This document shows, one piece after another, positions 1 through 13,677 of a DNA stretch of 64,000 bases (position 1 is the first letter of the stretch; each line of letters opens with the position of its first letter). Where the stretch lies: assembly GCF_018350175.1 (NCBI RefSeq), contig NC_058369.1:23376001-23440000 (forward strand). The letters run 5' to 3'. The notes below the pieces were generated by a model. That model worked only from the letters and a program-made list of their open reading frames with translations, ran no database searches and was not told the origin of the DNA. The stretch comes from Felis catus (taxonomy: Eukaryota). The translations under genes and the position numbers were made by a program.

Positions 1-129
1 TACTTCACTTTTTTTCCACCTGATATATCTGAAACTATCTTTACATCATTACCTAGATTTGTTTTTTTATTAAAAAAAAGGGGGGGGGGGTTACCTGAGA
101 TTCCATTGGGAGGGATATTTTCATTTAAC

Positions 130-600
130 CCAAATTAGACCCCAAACATTGGCTACTTGAAGCAGAGTAGAAAGGAATGTTTTCATGCACATAATTTATT
201 TGTATGGTAAATGACGAGAAGAATTGATGGGTCAAAGTGTATGCATGTTTGTGATTTTGATATATCCTGCAGAAATGCACTGTGGTGATGTGAAGCCAAT
301 TTGCATTCCTAAATCCTCATAAAGGATTTACTTTAGTTATACTCTTACCGGCATAGCGCATTACCAAAATGTTGTGTCCTTTGCCAATCTGGGAGATGAA
401 AAATGGAATATCATTGTTATCTTAACTCTGCTTTTAATGACTGAGGCCAAATATATTTTCTATGTTTTAAAGCCACTTACATTTCTCCCTCTGTGGGTTC
501 TCTAATTATGCCCTTACTTCTCTTTTCCTCTTATTAGTCTGTTGGTATTCTCTTCTTTTAAGATATTCAACTTTTATATTGAACTTATAGAATAACAATA
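130..600 (-). mobile_element. Old L1 (L1ME-like) 3' fragment
   Basis: Degenerate antisense L1 3'-end motifs (gaattgatgggtcaaag...gccaatttgcattcc...tttgccaatctg...aaaatggaatatcattgtt). Confidence 0.5.
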
Positions 601-2238
601 TTAACTATTTCTTAGCCCATGTGTTATATGAAAAACAGAGCTCATCATAATGATTTTGTCATTACAAAGTCATACATGGCCACATGGAAATGGTAGAGAA
701 TTACCTGTAGTCTCATCCTCCAGAAGCAAAACCACTGATAGACGTTTGCTGTGTTTGCTTTCGTTCATGTTTTCTGTAAATTCTTTTTGTTTTATTTTGT
801 TTTTCAAAAATGGCACAATATTATAAATATTATTTTATAATGTGCTTTTTTAAAATTTGAAACATCATGAGCATATGTTATTGCCCTGAAATAAATCTGC
901 AACATAAATTCTTAAAATAACGACACGGTGTGTAGGTTTACTAGTTTCCTTAACCAGCCCCATTTAGGCTGTTCATAATATTTGCTGTATAAGTAATGAC
1001 ATCACAAATGAATGTCTTTACTCTTAAAACTCCATGTATCCATGTAATGATACTTTCAATGATACTTTTAGTATCAATTCCTAGAAGTAAAAGAGTAAAA
1101 AAACCATTCTTTGTGAAGATAAATCTTGATGACAGTTAGTTTTCATGCTACAGATATATAAATGTTTATTTTTCTTTTGATTCCTTTTTCTGTTGCTTAT
1201 TTTCAGGGATATGATGTAACTTTTATAAAGAATAGATAATAGAGAGAAGTTACTTTCCAAAACACTGGCTCCAGGAAGATGTGGTGCCAGCTGAGGGTAG
1301 AAACTTAATTTGGTTTAAGCTTTTATTTCTTATAAGGTGATAGAGGAGAAGCCTGTTTGCAATTTAGCCTAAGACGTAAGAAAAACAGAAAGTACAGTAG
1401 TGATAGACAGGTTTACACAGTTAATACTTTTGTTAGTAATCATTTATAAACCTCCTTAGATGATTTTTTTAAGGCCACGTTTAACAAAAAGTATCGACTT
1501 CTAGTGGGGTGCCAAGTTAATTATTTCAACTTAATAAGCAACACTGAAATGACGTTACACAGGCTGGTGGAGGGGGTCACAGAAAAATGAGCTTCAGAAA
1601 CACTTTCTGAATGTGTGAGCATGGCTGTAAGTACAACCAATCAGGAAAATTAAAGCAACATGAAAAATTGTTGAGATTAATGAGCCTTGATGAAAACAGG
1701 ATAAAGTGCTCAGGTGTATAAATTCACACAGTTCTCTGAGCTGGCCTCTGTGGTCCAGAATGCTTATGTAGCCTACAGTCCATCTCTCAAATAAATTATG
1801 CTAATGCTATTGATTCCAACCGTTTCCTGACTAGGCCATTCATCACCTCTTGTGTCTCTGCACAGCCTTCAAATGCATGCCTATCAAGCTTGGAAAACTG
1901 AATTGGTTTTTAAGAAAGGAGGCAAAACAAATAATACACAACCTTGTTTTCTAGGCTTGCAAATTGCATGCCAGGAAAGAAAGATGGATGGTCAGGGTAT
2001 CTAGGATCAATCTAAAAATGCTCTCCTGCCACGTCTCTACATATTAGGGGAAGCACTGAATGCAGGTAACCATCTTGTAATTCATGGGCTAGGATAGAGT
2101 TTGAACTATGTTAGCCCCAGTGATGGAGCTGACTGGGGAGAGAGATCTTCAATGCACATTAGCTAGACATCTCCACTTAACTTTGCTCTGGAGATGTAAC
2201 ATCGATTTTATCAAGTGTTTTCTGAACAGTGGTCTAAA

Positions 2239-2474
2239 TTTTTTTTTTCATTTTTTTTAATGTTTTATTTATTTTTGACAGAGAGAGAGAGAGAGAGAGA
2301 GACCGAGCATGAGCGGGGGAGGGGCAGAGAGTGAAGGAGACACAGAATCCGAAGCAGGCTCCAGGCTCTGAGCTGTCAGCACAGAGCCCGACGCGGGGCT
2401 CGAACTCACAGACCACGAGATCATGACCTGAGCCGTAGTTGGATGCTCAACCGACTGAGCCACCCAGGCGCCCC
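2239..2474 (-). mobile_element. Carnivore SINE (SINEC_Fc-like)
   Basis: Reverse-complement tRNA-derived head (…cccaggcgcccc), (GA)n tract and T-rich tail. Confidence 0.95.
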
Positions 2475-2731
2475 TGAAATTTTTTTTAAAGTAAAATTCG
2501 ACAGGCTGTTTTTCAGGGGGCCCGACCTGTGGGCACTTTGATTAAACCATTTGGCTTAGTCTATTAACCACATAACAAGCCAATTCTCCTTATTATGATT
2601 ATCTCCATCTTATGTTCTTAGAACATCCCATATGATTTATTTTTAATAGTCACAGTGAGCAAAGGAATTTTATTTCCCACTTTCTAAAATGATGTCATTG
2701 TTCTATTTTTCTTTTCTTTTGAAATATTTCG

Positions 2732-2912
2732 CAGTAGTTTTTAAACATAGGACAAGGCTCATCAGAATCATCTAGGGTGCCTGTGGGAAAGGATGTTCTT
2801 GGGTCTCATCCTGACCTGCTGACTCCCAGTGTCCAGGAGGTGGGTCTGAGAATCTGTATTTTGGCTAGGTTCTCCAGGTGATGCTGATGCACAGCCAGGC
2901 TGGGAGGCTTCC
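2732..2912. mobile_element. MER5-family hAT-Charlie DNA transposon remnant
   Basis: catcagaatcatctaggg...gaatctgtatttt...ctccaggtgatgctgatgc motifs typical of MER5A. Confidence 0.7.
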
Positions 2913-4419
2913 AGAGCATCTTCGAGGATAAATACAATAGGATGTGACAGTATTTTCCTGACTCCATTGCCGAAAGTTTGACTCCTCTCTCTTTTTTCTT
3001 ATTGGCAAACACAAAGAAGAAGCCTGAAATAACTAAGACAGAAAAAAGAAGTTGCAACCAAGCATGAAGTAGTAACAAAACTTTCATGTGCATTTCACCC
3101 TCCCCAAAGATTCAGAGATGGTTTGTAGTGATGTACACACAACTGTTGTGTGCTCAGGGCTACAACCCAGAGGTGTTGTTATCACACAACTGGACTCAGA
3201 GAAAGATGGCTAACGTAGTGTTTAAGTTGAATTTTTGGAAGATGACCGACAGTTGAAAAGGGATGAGGAATCATAAGTGAGCTGTGAGCCAAGGGCTTCA
3301 GGAAAATCTGCACAGAATCCACCCAGACATCATTGGCATCTTTGAGAGAAGGAATTTTAGAACTTGTATCCTAGGATCTTGGAGAAAGCAGGTAATACCT
3401 CCCTGCAAGAGGGTGTGCCCAACTGTAAACAGAAGCCAGGATGCAGGAAGTCAGTCATCGCCGTCAATTTAGAAAGGGAAAAAAGTAAACAGGAATGGAT
3501 TTCTCCAGATTACCACCACGATGATTTTTAAAGGATGAGAAAATTAACAGCTTAGTGTATCATGGCAGACATTTCCCCTCTCATTTTAGTGTTAGGTTTT
3601 ATTTCTTTTTCTAAATCATCTGTGATGTCACTTTCCTCCTCTGAAGTAATCTTTTTTCTCCCCTCCAGCATTAAACATATATATTTTTTAAAGCCAAAAA
3701 CTGGAAAGTACAACTCTGCTGCTTCTAGATTAAATATATTTTATTAAATGCATTCCATTTGTGTAATAATTTGTTCCCTGTGCACCTGTGTGGTGACAGA
3801 CATTGTGGTAAGCACCAGGGAATTAAAATCAGGTCAGTTAGGTTCTTGCCCTTGACCTTGTAACCTAGTTGAATGACCTTCCCAAGAAGTCATTGCATCC
3901 CTGTAACAATTTATTTTGCCTGATTTTGAAGACTTTCCCACTCACTACCACCTGTGGTAAAGTAGTTGCTTCTAAAAGTTGGGTTGTTTTGTACAAATAG
4001 ACATAAAAACTTCAAGCAATCAAATTCTGTTAAGGTTGAACAATTTGGTCATGGTGCCTAGAAGAGTCAGAGTAAAATCCATACTAAGGTCTATGAATGT
4101 GTCCTATTTTCTTTTAAACCTTTTGTCCACCCCCCACCCACTTTAAGTTATTATGGTGATCATACCAGTTGCCATTTTTCAACCTACAATTTTTTTTTAA
4201 TCCTCGGGCTTCTTCAGGCCATGTTTGTCCAATGGGTTTGAGAAATACTATATATCCATATATGAACATGTATTGACAAATATGACATGAAATGCTGTAT
4301 GTACACATGTAAATATTCATCTATAGCATTCAGTAAAATGCTGTATGTGGACATAGGAATATTTATCTATAGGCATGAAGCTAAGTGATGTGTGTCCATA
4401 TAAGAATATTTAGAGATAT

Positions 4420-4630
4420 GGGGCGCCTGGGTGGCGCAGTCGGTTAAGCATCCGACTTCAGCCAGGTCACGATCTCGCAGTCCGGGAGTTCGAGCCCCGC
4501 GTCGGGCTCTGGGCTGATGGCTCAGAGCCTGGAGCCTGTTTCCGATTCTGTGTCTCCCTCTCTCTCTGCCCCTCCCCCGTTCATGCTCTGTCTCTCTCTA
4601 TCCCAAAAATAAATAAACGTTGGGAAAAAA
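4420..4630 (+). mobile_element. Young felid SINE (SINEC_Fc) with perfect TSD
   Basis: CpG-rich head ggggcgcctgggtggcgcagtcgg. TSD aagaatatttagagatat at 4402-4419 and 4631-4648. Confidence 0.97.
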
Positions 4631-5509
4631 AAGAATATTTAGAGATATGGAATGTGGTATATACATATATTAATACGCATTGACAAGTATGAAATGCTAT
4701 TATTCCTTATTCCTCATAGAAAGTTAGAATTCATGTTAGCCTGTTAAAAGCTCTGAGAAATCCTGTAGTGAATAAAGCTTTTGAGCTCTTTTTAACTGGG
4801 AATTCACCAAGCATTCATCAATATTTGGCAAGATAGTTTCATAAAACCCATCTGGAGAGCCACTCTTTTAGGCTAATAATTTCCATTACAGACTGAATGA
4901 GATAGAAGTCCATCATGACTTGGGATTTTGTAAGATGATGCCAAGGACATAATGCTGAGAAAAATGAAATAGCTAGGATGCTGAATATATATCCTGAGTT
5001 CATAAATATTAATATATTGATGCAGCTATTAAGCCAGGAAGTTTTGTAGGATATAGTAACCTAGAGCTTTGTGTCAAAGAGGAAGGAGTCATCAGGTGTC
5101 TGACTGGGTTTATAAAGTAGAAGTGCTGCTCTTGACTGTCTAGTTAAAAAAAAAAAAACAGGAAGGACACATTGGCTACACTGAAAGATCCTTCTAGCAC
5201 CTTCCCAAACTACATTTCTTGAAAATAGGACCATAGGGAAACTTAAAAGAGGCATTAAAAGAAACTTAAAACGTAAAAAAAACTTAAGCATTCATCACTC
5301 TACCCTTAGAATCCAAAGAACAGTAAGTACCAGGACCTTCTCGACAATGTCCATCTTTAGAAAATGCCCCAGTGCATGGGACTGTGGTATTCTTTTTATC
5401 TGTCACAAATGATAGTTTGTAGATCAACTAAGGGTAAAACATGCAGAAAGTGCTAGAGTTCAGAAAAAACATGGACATATAAATCTTTTTGACATTTTAA
5501 TGCTCACTG

Positions 5510-7400
5510 GAAAAGATTAATTTTTAAGCCTTTTCAATAGTAATATGATAATCATGCAAAATGAGGAATTATAGTATAAAGAGCCCATGCACCTAGGACG
5601 CAGCTTCAACAACTACCAATGTTTTACCCATCTTGTTCCAGGTAACCCCATCTACATTCTTCTTATGACTATTAAATCATTAGTAGTACTGCTATTATTA
5701 TTTTGCTGGAGTATTTTAAAGCAAATCCATGACATCATATTTTTTCATCTGTAAATACTTCAGAGTATTTATAGTGTATCTCTTACATAAAAGGACTTAA
5801 AAAAACACTTCTTAACCACGATGCCATTATAACACCCTATAAAATTAATAGTAGCTCTTAAATATTATCTTACAACCTGTCTATATTCAAGATTCACCCG
5901 TTTTTTAAGTGGGATCTGTTGTTTTCATGTAAGTGTAAAAGTTTTAAAAAAGTGTAACAGTTATTTTTGTTGGAAGCAAAACCAAATGAATTGCATGCAG
6001 TGCCTTTGGCTGTGAGGTCATTTGTCCTGTAGGATGCTCTATATATTCTGGACTTGACCAGTTGCTTCCGGGGGTGTTGTTTAATGGGTCTCTTTTCCTG
6101 GTAGTTTCTGTAAATTGGTGGTTAGATATAGACACTGATTAGATTCTGATCAAGTTTCTTTCAGTGGGAATAAATACTCTATAGGAAGTGCCATTTACTT
6201 CCTATTACATGGTATCAGGAGGCACACATGGCCCACACCCTCATCACACTAGCGATGCTGAGGTTAATCCTTGGGTTCACATGTATCAGCCTGACCCTAT
6301 CAAGTTGCTCTCAGTCGCTTTTAGATCCACTGATGATCCATTCCTGGATCCACTGTTTCTCCAGAAGATTGGAAAATAATTTGTAAACGGTGATTCTGCA
6401 GTCTTTTCTGAATGATGAATGATTTGCTTGCCTAAAAATGTAATTTGTACTGATAGCAGGATACATTCTTGATTGTGTCTATCAGTTTTCCGAATAATGA
6501 CTTGGTGCCTTACCAACTTTAATGATGAACAAGTTAGCTTTTAAAATAACATGACAAACTTAAGGATTTAGATGTACTTATATGTATTTTAATTCTTTGC
6601 AGACTTAAAGTCATTTTGATTTATAACTTTCATCTTGGCCCACGGGAGCCCCTTCAGTTTGATCCCTGTGTCCTTTGTGACAAGACCTCATTAGTCTCTG
6701 ATACTTTCCTTAGCTTCTGCATAAACAAGATATTCTAGACTTATTTTATACATTTTATGCTTCAGATCTGGAATCAGCTATTTTCCAGGGAGCCTTGGTT
6801 CTGTTTATTGGGTGATATTATTTAGAGACCACAGTCTAGGCCCAACTATTCATTACCATGGCTTTGCCAAAATCTTCTAAGTCTTTTCAGGAATAAGAGC
6901 CAGGAAACATATATTTGTTTAGAAAGAGAAAATAAATCCAGGGCTTCTACCCTGGATAATTCCGATTCCAATTCAAAACTGCATGATTTTTAATTAGCTA
7001 CTTTGGTTTACTCTTACACTAAAAATCTCAGCCCATAGCCACATTAACATATTAATCATTTGCTCAAGCTACAATATACATAAAATTACTTTGAAATAGC
7101 AATACCAATATTATTGCTAACAATAGCATGACCATGTGTTGTTTAAGAATTCTTTGTGGTCTTTATTTTGTTTTTAGGCTAGATCCCAAGATGGAATTAG
7201 TCTGCAAATACTGTGTTTTAAAGTCAATTGAAATGCTTCTTTTCTTTGTGTGGTAATGCCAACAATTTCATATACAATAAAGGATTTTGTTTTAAATTTG
7301 AGGAAGATTTTTTTTTTTTATTTTTGGTTACATAAAATGTGCTCATGGTATCAAGGTCATAGCCATGAAATGATGCAATTCAGAGGCACATCACTTCCAT
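5510..7400 (-). mobile_element. Old L1 (L1MC-like) 3' region fragments
   Basis: Motifs such as gctggagtattttaaagcaaatcc…catctgtaaatacttcag and tggaatcagctattttcc…ttagagaccacagtctagg, recalled from L1MC 3' ends. Confidence 0.5.
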
Positions 7401-7539
7401 CCCCAATTCTCCACCCATTTTCTCCCTCATTTTTGTTAGCTCTTGGTTTAGTTTTCCAGTTTTGTTTTGTTTTGTTTTCTTTTGTTTTAATATAAGAAAA
7501 AAAAGAAACGTAGTCAGGTTTTTCCCTTTATTTCACAAA

Positions 7540-8985
7540 AGGAAGCATAGCATATGCTGTTAGGCACCTAACTTTCTATATTATATGTGCTGTAGATCTT
7601 TCTTCATCAGTTTGGGGAGTGAGATCTCCCTTATTCTTTCCCACAGCTACTTAGTGGGACTCTGTTGTGTGGCTGTAGATGTTTATTCGCTCTCCTGTTG
7701 ATTGGCATTTGGGTGGTTTCCAGTCTTTTCTTATTACCATTATCTTGCAATAAGTAGCTTAACACATATATAACAACTTTTTGGGCAGAATATTTGGGGA
7801 TAGATTCATAGAAGTGGCATTGCTGGATGAAAGGAAAAGGCATGTATAATTTTTCTAGATATTGCCAAATTCTCATGGAAGTTGTACCATTTTGTATTTC
7901 TCCCGGCAAAGTATGAGAGTGAGAACCTGTTACTTTTTAGCCTTGCCAGTGTGAGTATTTTCAAACTCAGGGTTTTTCCCCCAATACACATGAAGAGTGT
8001 TTTTATTATAGTTTTAATAATAAATTTCAATTTCAATAATAAAATTCAATTTCTCTTATTAGAAGTGAGCTGGCAGATTTTTACACATATTAGAAATATT
8101 ACTTGTAGTAAAATATGTTGCAAATAATTTTCCAAGGTTTGTCTTTTACCTTTTTCAGGGAACCATCTTTTTTTTAGTTTTTAGAGATTTTCTTTATTGT
8201 TCATTTTCTGTTTCATCGATTATTGTTTTCATCTTTATATTTACTTTTATTTTCTTTGGGTGTATTTGCGCTCTTTTGTGATTTCTTAAGGTAAAAGCCT
8301 ACATCATTACCTTTAGATCATTTTTCTCCTCTAATATAAATATTTAAATCTATAAATTTCTCTCTAAGAATGATAACAGTATTCAGATTTTGACAGGTTG
8401 CTTTTTTACAGTCTTCTAGTTAAAAATATTTTCTGGTCTATAATTTCCTTTTTGCCATATGTGTTGTTTAGAAGTATACTGCTTAATTTTGTAAATGTTT
8501 GAAGAGTTTCTAGATTTCTTAATATTTTATGCCTACTTCAGTTCTATTGCATATTCTGTATGATTTCAGTCCTTTTAAATTTATTAAGACTTATTTTATG
8601 GCCTATTATATTGCCATCTTGGTGAATATTTTACATGCATTTGAAAAGAATGCATATTTGGCAATTTGGGGTTGGAGTAGTCTCCCTTCATTCTTTAAAT
8701 TTTTGTTTCATTATTTTGAGATTCTGTTATCAGCTGCATACACTTAGATTTTTTTTAATATAACTTATTGTCAAATTGGTTTCCATACACTTAGATTTTT
8801 TACGTCTTTTTGATGAACTTTGTTATTTTCACTATTAATAAATGGCCATCTTTATTGCTGGTGATATTCCCTGTCTTTGATATTAATATAACCAAACTAG
8901 CTTTCTTCTGCTTAGTATTTGCATGTTGTATCTTTGACCATCTTTTTACTTCCAACTCCTCTGTGACTTTTTATTTAAATGCACC
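7540..8985 (-). mobile_element. Old L1 fragments (3' end and ORF2 pieces)
   Basis: Antisense L1 motifs (tagattcatagaagtggcattgctggat…; ttggtgaatattttacatgcatttgaaaagaatgcatatt). Confidence 0.65.
8755..8788 (-). mobile_element. Extremely 5'-truncated felid L1 (about 30 nt of 3' end) with TSD
   Basis: ttaatataacttattgtcaaattggtttccatac resembles the reverse complement of the cat L1 3' terminus. Flanked by the direct repeat catacacttagatttttt (8737-8754, 8784-8801). Confidence 0.75.
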
Positions 8986-8989
8986 TCTT

Positions 8990-9200
8990 GGGGACGCCTA
9001 GGTGGCTCAGTCGGTTTAACATCCGACTTCAGCTCGGGTCATGATCTCTTGCCTTGTGGGTTCAAGTCCCACATCAGGCTCTGCACTTGGAGCCTGCTTG
9101 GGATTCTCTCTCTCTTCTTCTCTTTCTGCCCTTCCCCCACTCGTTCTCTCTCTCTCTCCCTCTCTCTCTCTCTCTCAAAATAAACAAACTTAGAAAAAAA
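8990..9200 (+). mobile_element. Carnivore SINE
   Basis: SINE head, (CT)n tract and A tail. Degenerate TSD aaatgcacctcttg / aaatacacttcttg. Confidence 0.93.
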
Positions 9201-10436
9201 ATACACTTCTTGGAAACATATACATTTTGTTTTTGCTTTTTAGTTCTTTTGTTGTTGATGTTTAATGATATATTTATTGTATTTTTATTCATTTTTTAAA
9301 TTTACATATGATAAATTCTTCCCTTTTTGGTGTAGAGTCCTGTGAGTTTTGACTAGTATTTATAGTTGTATATCTATCATCACAATGAAGATATAACAGT
9401 TCCATCACCCTAGAAAATTCTTCTGAGGTGCCCATGTGGTCAACCCATCCCCAAGCATAGCTCCTGGCTCACAGTGATCTGTTTTCTATCCCTATAATTT
9501 GGCCTTTTCCAGAATGTCATATAAGTGATATCATACACAATGTAACTTTTTCATTCTGGTTGCTTTTACTTAGCATAATGTAATTGACATGTATTCATGT
9601 TATTGCTTGTATCAGTAGTACCTGTTCATTATTGAACAATATTCCATGGTATGGGTGTGCCATATTTGTTTATCCATTCTCCAATCTAGATATATTTGGG
9701 CAGCTTGGAATTTTTAGTGATTATAAATAAATCACTATAAGCATTCACATTGAGGTGCTCTTATGAACAAAAGTTGTCATTTCACTTGAATAAATACCTA
9801 GCAGTCGAATTACTGGATTATATGGTAATTGTATGGAATGTATGTTTCATTTTGTAAAAAAATCACCAAACTGTTTTACAAGGTGGCTGTACCATTCTGC
9901 CTTCTCACCAACAATGTATGGGAGTTTGCATTCTCCCCATCTTTGCAAGCTCTTGGTTTTCTCATTCATATTTTTTTAGCTTTATTCGAGCCATTCTAAG
10001 AGTACCATAGTAGCATCTCATTGTGGTTTAGCGTTTTTTTTAATGAATAATGATTTTAGGCTTCTTTACACGTGCCTTCTTGCCATCCACATATTCAGTG
10101 AAATGTGTGTTCAAATGTTCTGCCCATTTAAAAAAAATGGGTTGTTTTCTTTTTTAACTGATTGTTTTGAATGTTGAGACGTTTTAAATATATTCTATAT
10201 ACAAGTCTTTTGTAGAAATACGTGACTTGAAAATATTTTCTTCTAGCCTGTGGCTTGTCTTTTCATTTTCTTAACAGTGTCTTTCACAGAACAGAAATCA
10301 CTTGATTTTCTTGACATTCCATTAATTGGTTATTTAAAATGGAACATGCATTTTTTTTCATGTCTAAGAAATCTTTGCCTAACCCAAGACCACAAAGATT
10401 TTCTCTGATCCTTTCCTCTAAAATTGTTATGTTCAT

Positions 10437-10639
10437 GGGGTGCATGGGTGTCTCAGTTGGTTGAGCAATCAACTTCAGCTCAGGTCATGATCTCATGGTT
10501 TGTGAGTTGAAGCCCCATGTCGGGCTCTGTGCTGACAGTGTGGAGCCTGCTTGGGATTCTCTCTCTCCCTGTCTCTCCCTCTCCTAGCTGCTCTCTCTCT
10601 CAAAATAAATAAATAAACTTTAAAAAAAGATGAAAAAAA
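10437..10639 (+). mobile_element. Carnivore SINE inserted in L1
   Basis: SINE body flanked by the repeat taaaattgttatg on both sides. Confidence 0.93.
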
Positions 10640-10726
10640 TAAAATTGTTATGCTCTTTAGCTTTACATTAAGGTCTGTAACACATTTTGAATTAATTTTT
10701 GTACATGATGAGAGGTACAGAGTGAG

Positions 10727-10757
<31 letters not shown>

Positions 10758-11261
10758 TGTATATGGATATCCACTTATTCCATTACCACTTGTTGAAAAG
10801 AATCCTTTCTCCACTGAGTTGCCTTTGTACTTCTTTGAAAATCAAATTACTATATTTCTATGTCTGGACTCTATATTATTCAGTTGATGCATGTGTCTAT
10901 CTCTTCTCCAGTATAAAGCTGTCTTGATTATTGTGGCATTATATTAAATCTTGAAATCAGGTAATAAGTATCCTTAACCTTTTTTTTTTTTTTTACTTTT
11001 TCAAAATACCTGTGTTTATTCTAGTACATTTGCCTTTCCATGTAAATTTTGAAGTAAACTTGTCAATTTCTATTCAAAAATCCTCCTGGGATTTTGTTTA
11101 AAATTAGGTTGACTATATAACTCAGTTTGGGAGGAGTTAACATCATAATGCCAGTAACTCTTTCAGTCCATAGGCATACATATGTAGATCTCTATTTGTT
11201 TAGGTCTTTGATTTCTTTCATCAGTGTTTTATAGTTTTTAGCTTACAGATTTAACAACTAT

Positions 11262-11284
11262 TTCTTTTAAGTTTACTTATTTAT

Positions 11285-11334
<50 letters not shown>

Positions 11335-11501
11335 CAAGAGCAGGGGAGGGGCAGAGAGGAAGGGAGAGAGAGAATCCCCAGCAGGTTCCATGATGGCAGC
11401 ATGGAGCCCTGTGCAGGGCTTAAACCCACAAACCATGAGATCATGACTTGAGCCAAAATCAAGAGTCAGACAATTAACTGACTGAGCCACCCAGGTGACC
11501 C
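11262..11501 (-). mobile_element. Carnivore SINE
   Basis: Reverse SINE body with expanded (TG)n(AG)n. Confidence 0.93.
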
Positions 11502-11762
11502 TCAAATATTTTGTTATAGTTATATCAAAATATTTCCTGTTCTTTAGCCGCCATGTTAGATGATACTTTTTTCATTTTGATTCCCAACTCTTCATTGCTA
11601 GTATATAGAAACATGATTGATTTTTCAGATTGAGCTTGTATCCTGCACGTTGCTAATTTGTTAACTTCTACTTACTTTTCCTGTGGATTCTTTAGGATTT
11701 TCTATGTAGAAAAATGATGTCATAAGTGTATAGAGACAATTGTATATGTATGCTTTTATTTC

Positions 11763-11795
<33 letters not shown>

Positions 11796-12425
11796 GCCAT
11801 ACTATGCTGATTAGGTCCTCCAGAGTGATGTTGAGTGGGAGAATGTGAGCAGACAACCTTCTCATGTCATATCACAGAAAGAAAGTATGATTTTATTATT
11901 AGGGCTGGTATTAGCTTCATTAGATGCCCTTCTTTGGGGTAAAGAAGTTCCATTTTATTCCTAATTTGTTATCACAAAACGATACAAAGGTTTGTAAAAA
12001 AAAAAATTGTCATCCTTCTTGATAATCCATCATACAATTTGCCTAGTTTAGTCTTTTAATATAGTATATTACATTGATTTTTGAATCTTGAACCAGCCTT
12101 GTATTCCTGAGGTAAACCATACTTGGTCAAAATGTATTCTTTTCATATATTGCTGGATTCAAACTGCTACTATTGTGCTGAGGCATTTTTGCTCTATGTT
12201 ATTACGGTCTATTGTTGTGTGATGTCCTTTTCTTGTTATTATTGTTGTCTGGTTTTTGTATCAGAATAATTCTGGCCTTATAAAAAGATTTGTGAAATGT
12301 TCTCCCTTCTCTTATATTCTAGAAAATTTTGGCAGAGTCTGTTTTATTTTTTCTTTAAATGTTTGGTAGAACTTCCCAGTGAAGACTTCTGGGCATGGCG
12401 ATTTCTTTGTAGGAAAAAAAAAAAA

Positions 12426-12441
12426 TTAATGTTTATTTATT

Positions 12442-12488
<47 letters not shown>

Positions 12489-12648
12489 GAGATCGAGTTG
12501 GGGAGGGCAGAGGGAGAGAGGGACAGAGGATCCAAAGCAGAGTTCATGTGACAGCAGTGATCCTGATGTGGGGCTCAAACTCATGAACCTCGAGATCATG
12601 ACCTGAGCTGAAGTTGGATCCTTGACCAACTGAGCCACCCAGGTGCCC
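12426..12648 (-). mobile_element. Carnivore SINE
   Basis: Reverse SINE body with a (GA)n tract of about 21 units. Confidence 0.93.
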
Positions 12649-13505
12649 TGGAAAATTTAACTACAAATTCAGTTTCTTTAATCAATATAGGACTATTGAA
12701 GTTAACTACTTCTTTTTGAATGTACTTTGGTAGTTTGCATCTTTCAAGGAATTTGTCTAGTTTATCTATGTTGTCAGTTTTAAGGACAGGCTGTTGTTTT
12801 CTGTTTTCTCTTATTATCCTTATAATATCTGTATTATTACAGATCATAATATCTTCCTTTCTCATAACTGATAGTTTCTTTGCTTTCTTTCTCATAACTG
12901 ATAGTTTTAGTTTGCGTCTTCTCTCTTTTTTTACTTGATAACAAAAAACAGACTAGAGATTTGCTAGTTTTGTAGATCATTTTTAAAAACTGGCTTTTAG
13001 TTTTATTGTTTCCCTATTGTTTTTTGTTCTCAATTTTATTCTTCTAGTTTTATTACTTACTTTGTCCTTCGTGTTTTGAATTTTCTCTTCCTTGTCTTAT
13101 GATGGAAATTTAGATTATTGATGTAAGCACTTTCTTCTTTTATAAAATAAGCATCTACTACTAGAAATCTTCCTTGTAGCCCTTGTGTAACTTCATCCCA
13201 CAGATATTTATTTGTGATAAACATTTATGTGTTATGTATTTTATTGTTCATTAAATTCGGAATATTTTCTCATTTTCCCTTTCTGACCTTAGGGTTATTT
13301 AGGAGTGTGTTATTCAATTTGAGAATATTTGGGAATTTTCCAGAAATGTTTCTGTCATTGATTTTTGATTTAATTTCATTATGGTTTGGGAACATTCTTT
13401 GTATAATTTTGGTTCTTTTAAATTTGCAGAGATTTGCTTTTTGACCCATAACATGATCTAATTTGGTGAATGTTCCATATGGACTTGAAAAAAGATATAT
13501 ATATG

Positions 13506-13596
13506 GTGTGTGTATATATATATATATATATACACACACATATATATATATACACACACACACATATATATGTGTATATATATATACATATATATA

Positions 13597-13634
<38 letters not shown>

Positions 13635-13677
13635 CACATACATACAGTGAGAGAGAGAGAGAGGTGTGTGTGTGTGC
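13506..13677. repeat. Compound microsatellite (TG)n/(TA)n/(CA)n/(GA)n
   Basis: Directly visible; uninterrupted purine-pyrimidine alternation from 13506 to 13646. Confidence 0.97.

Noticed and set aside
2234..2463. Recurring ORFs such as MAQSV…SAQVMIS…SSSPASGSVLTAQSLEP (also near 16.4, 29.0, 37.0, 37.7 and 51.5 kb)
   Set aside because: These are translations of SINE bodies, not a gene family.
4420..4500. tRNA-like A/B boxes (tggcgcagtcgg, gttcgagccc)
   Set aside because: They are the tRNA-derived heads of SINEs, followed by a SINE body and poly(A); not tRNA genes.
12857..12907. 21-bp direct repeat ctttctcataactgatagttt (period 30); similar small duplications near 1046, 33414 and 36270
   Set aside because: Ordinary slippage duplications in old L1 or AT-rich DNA.
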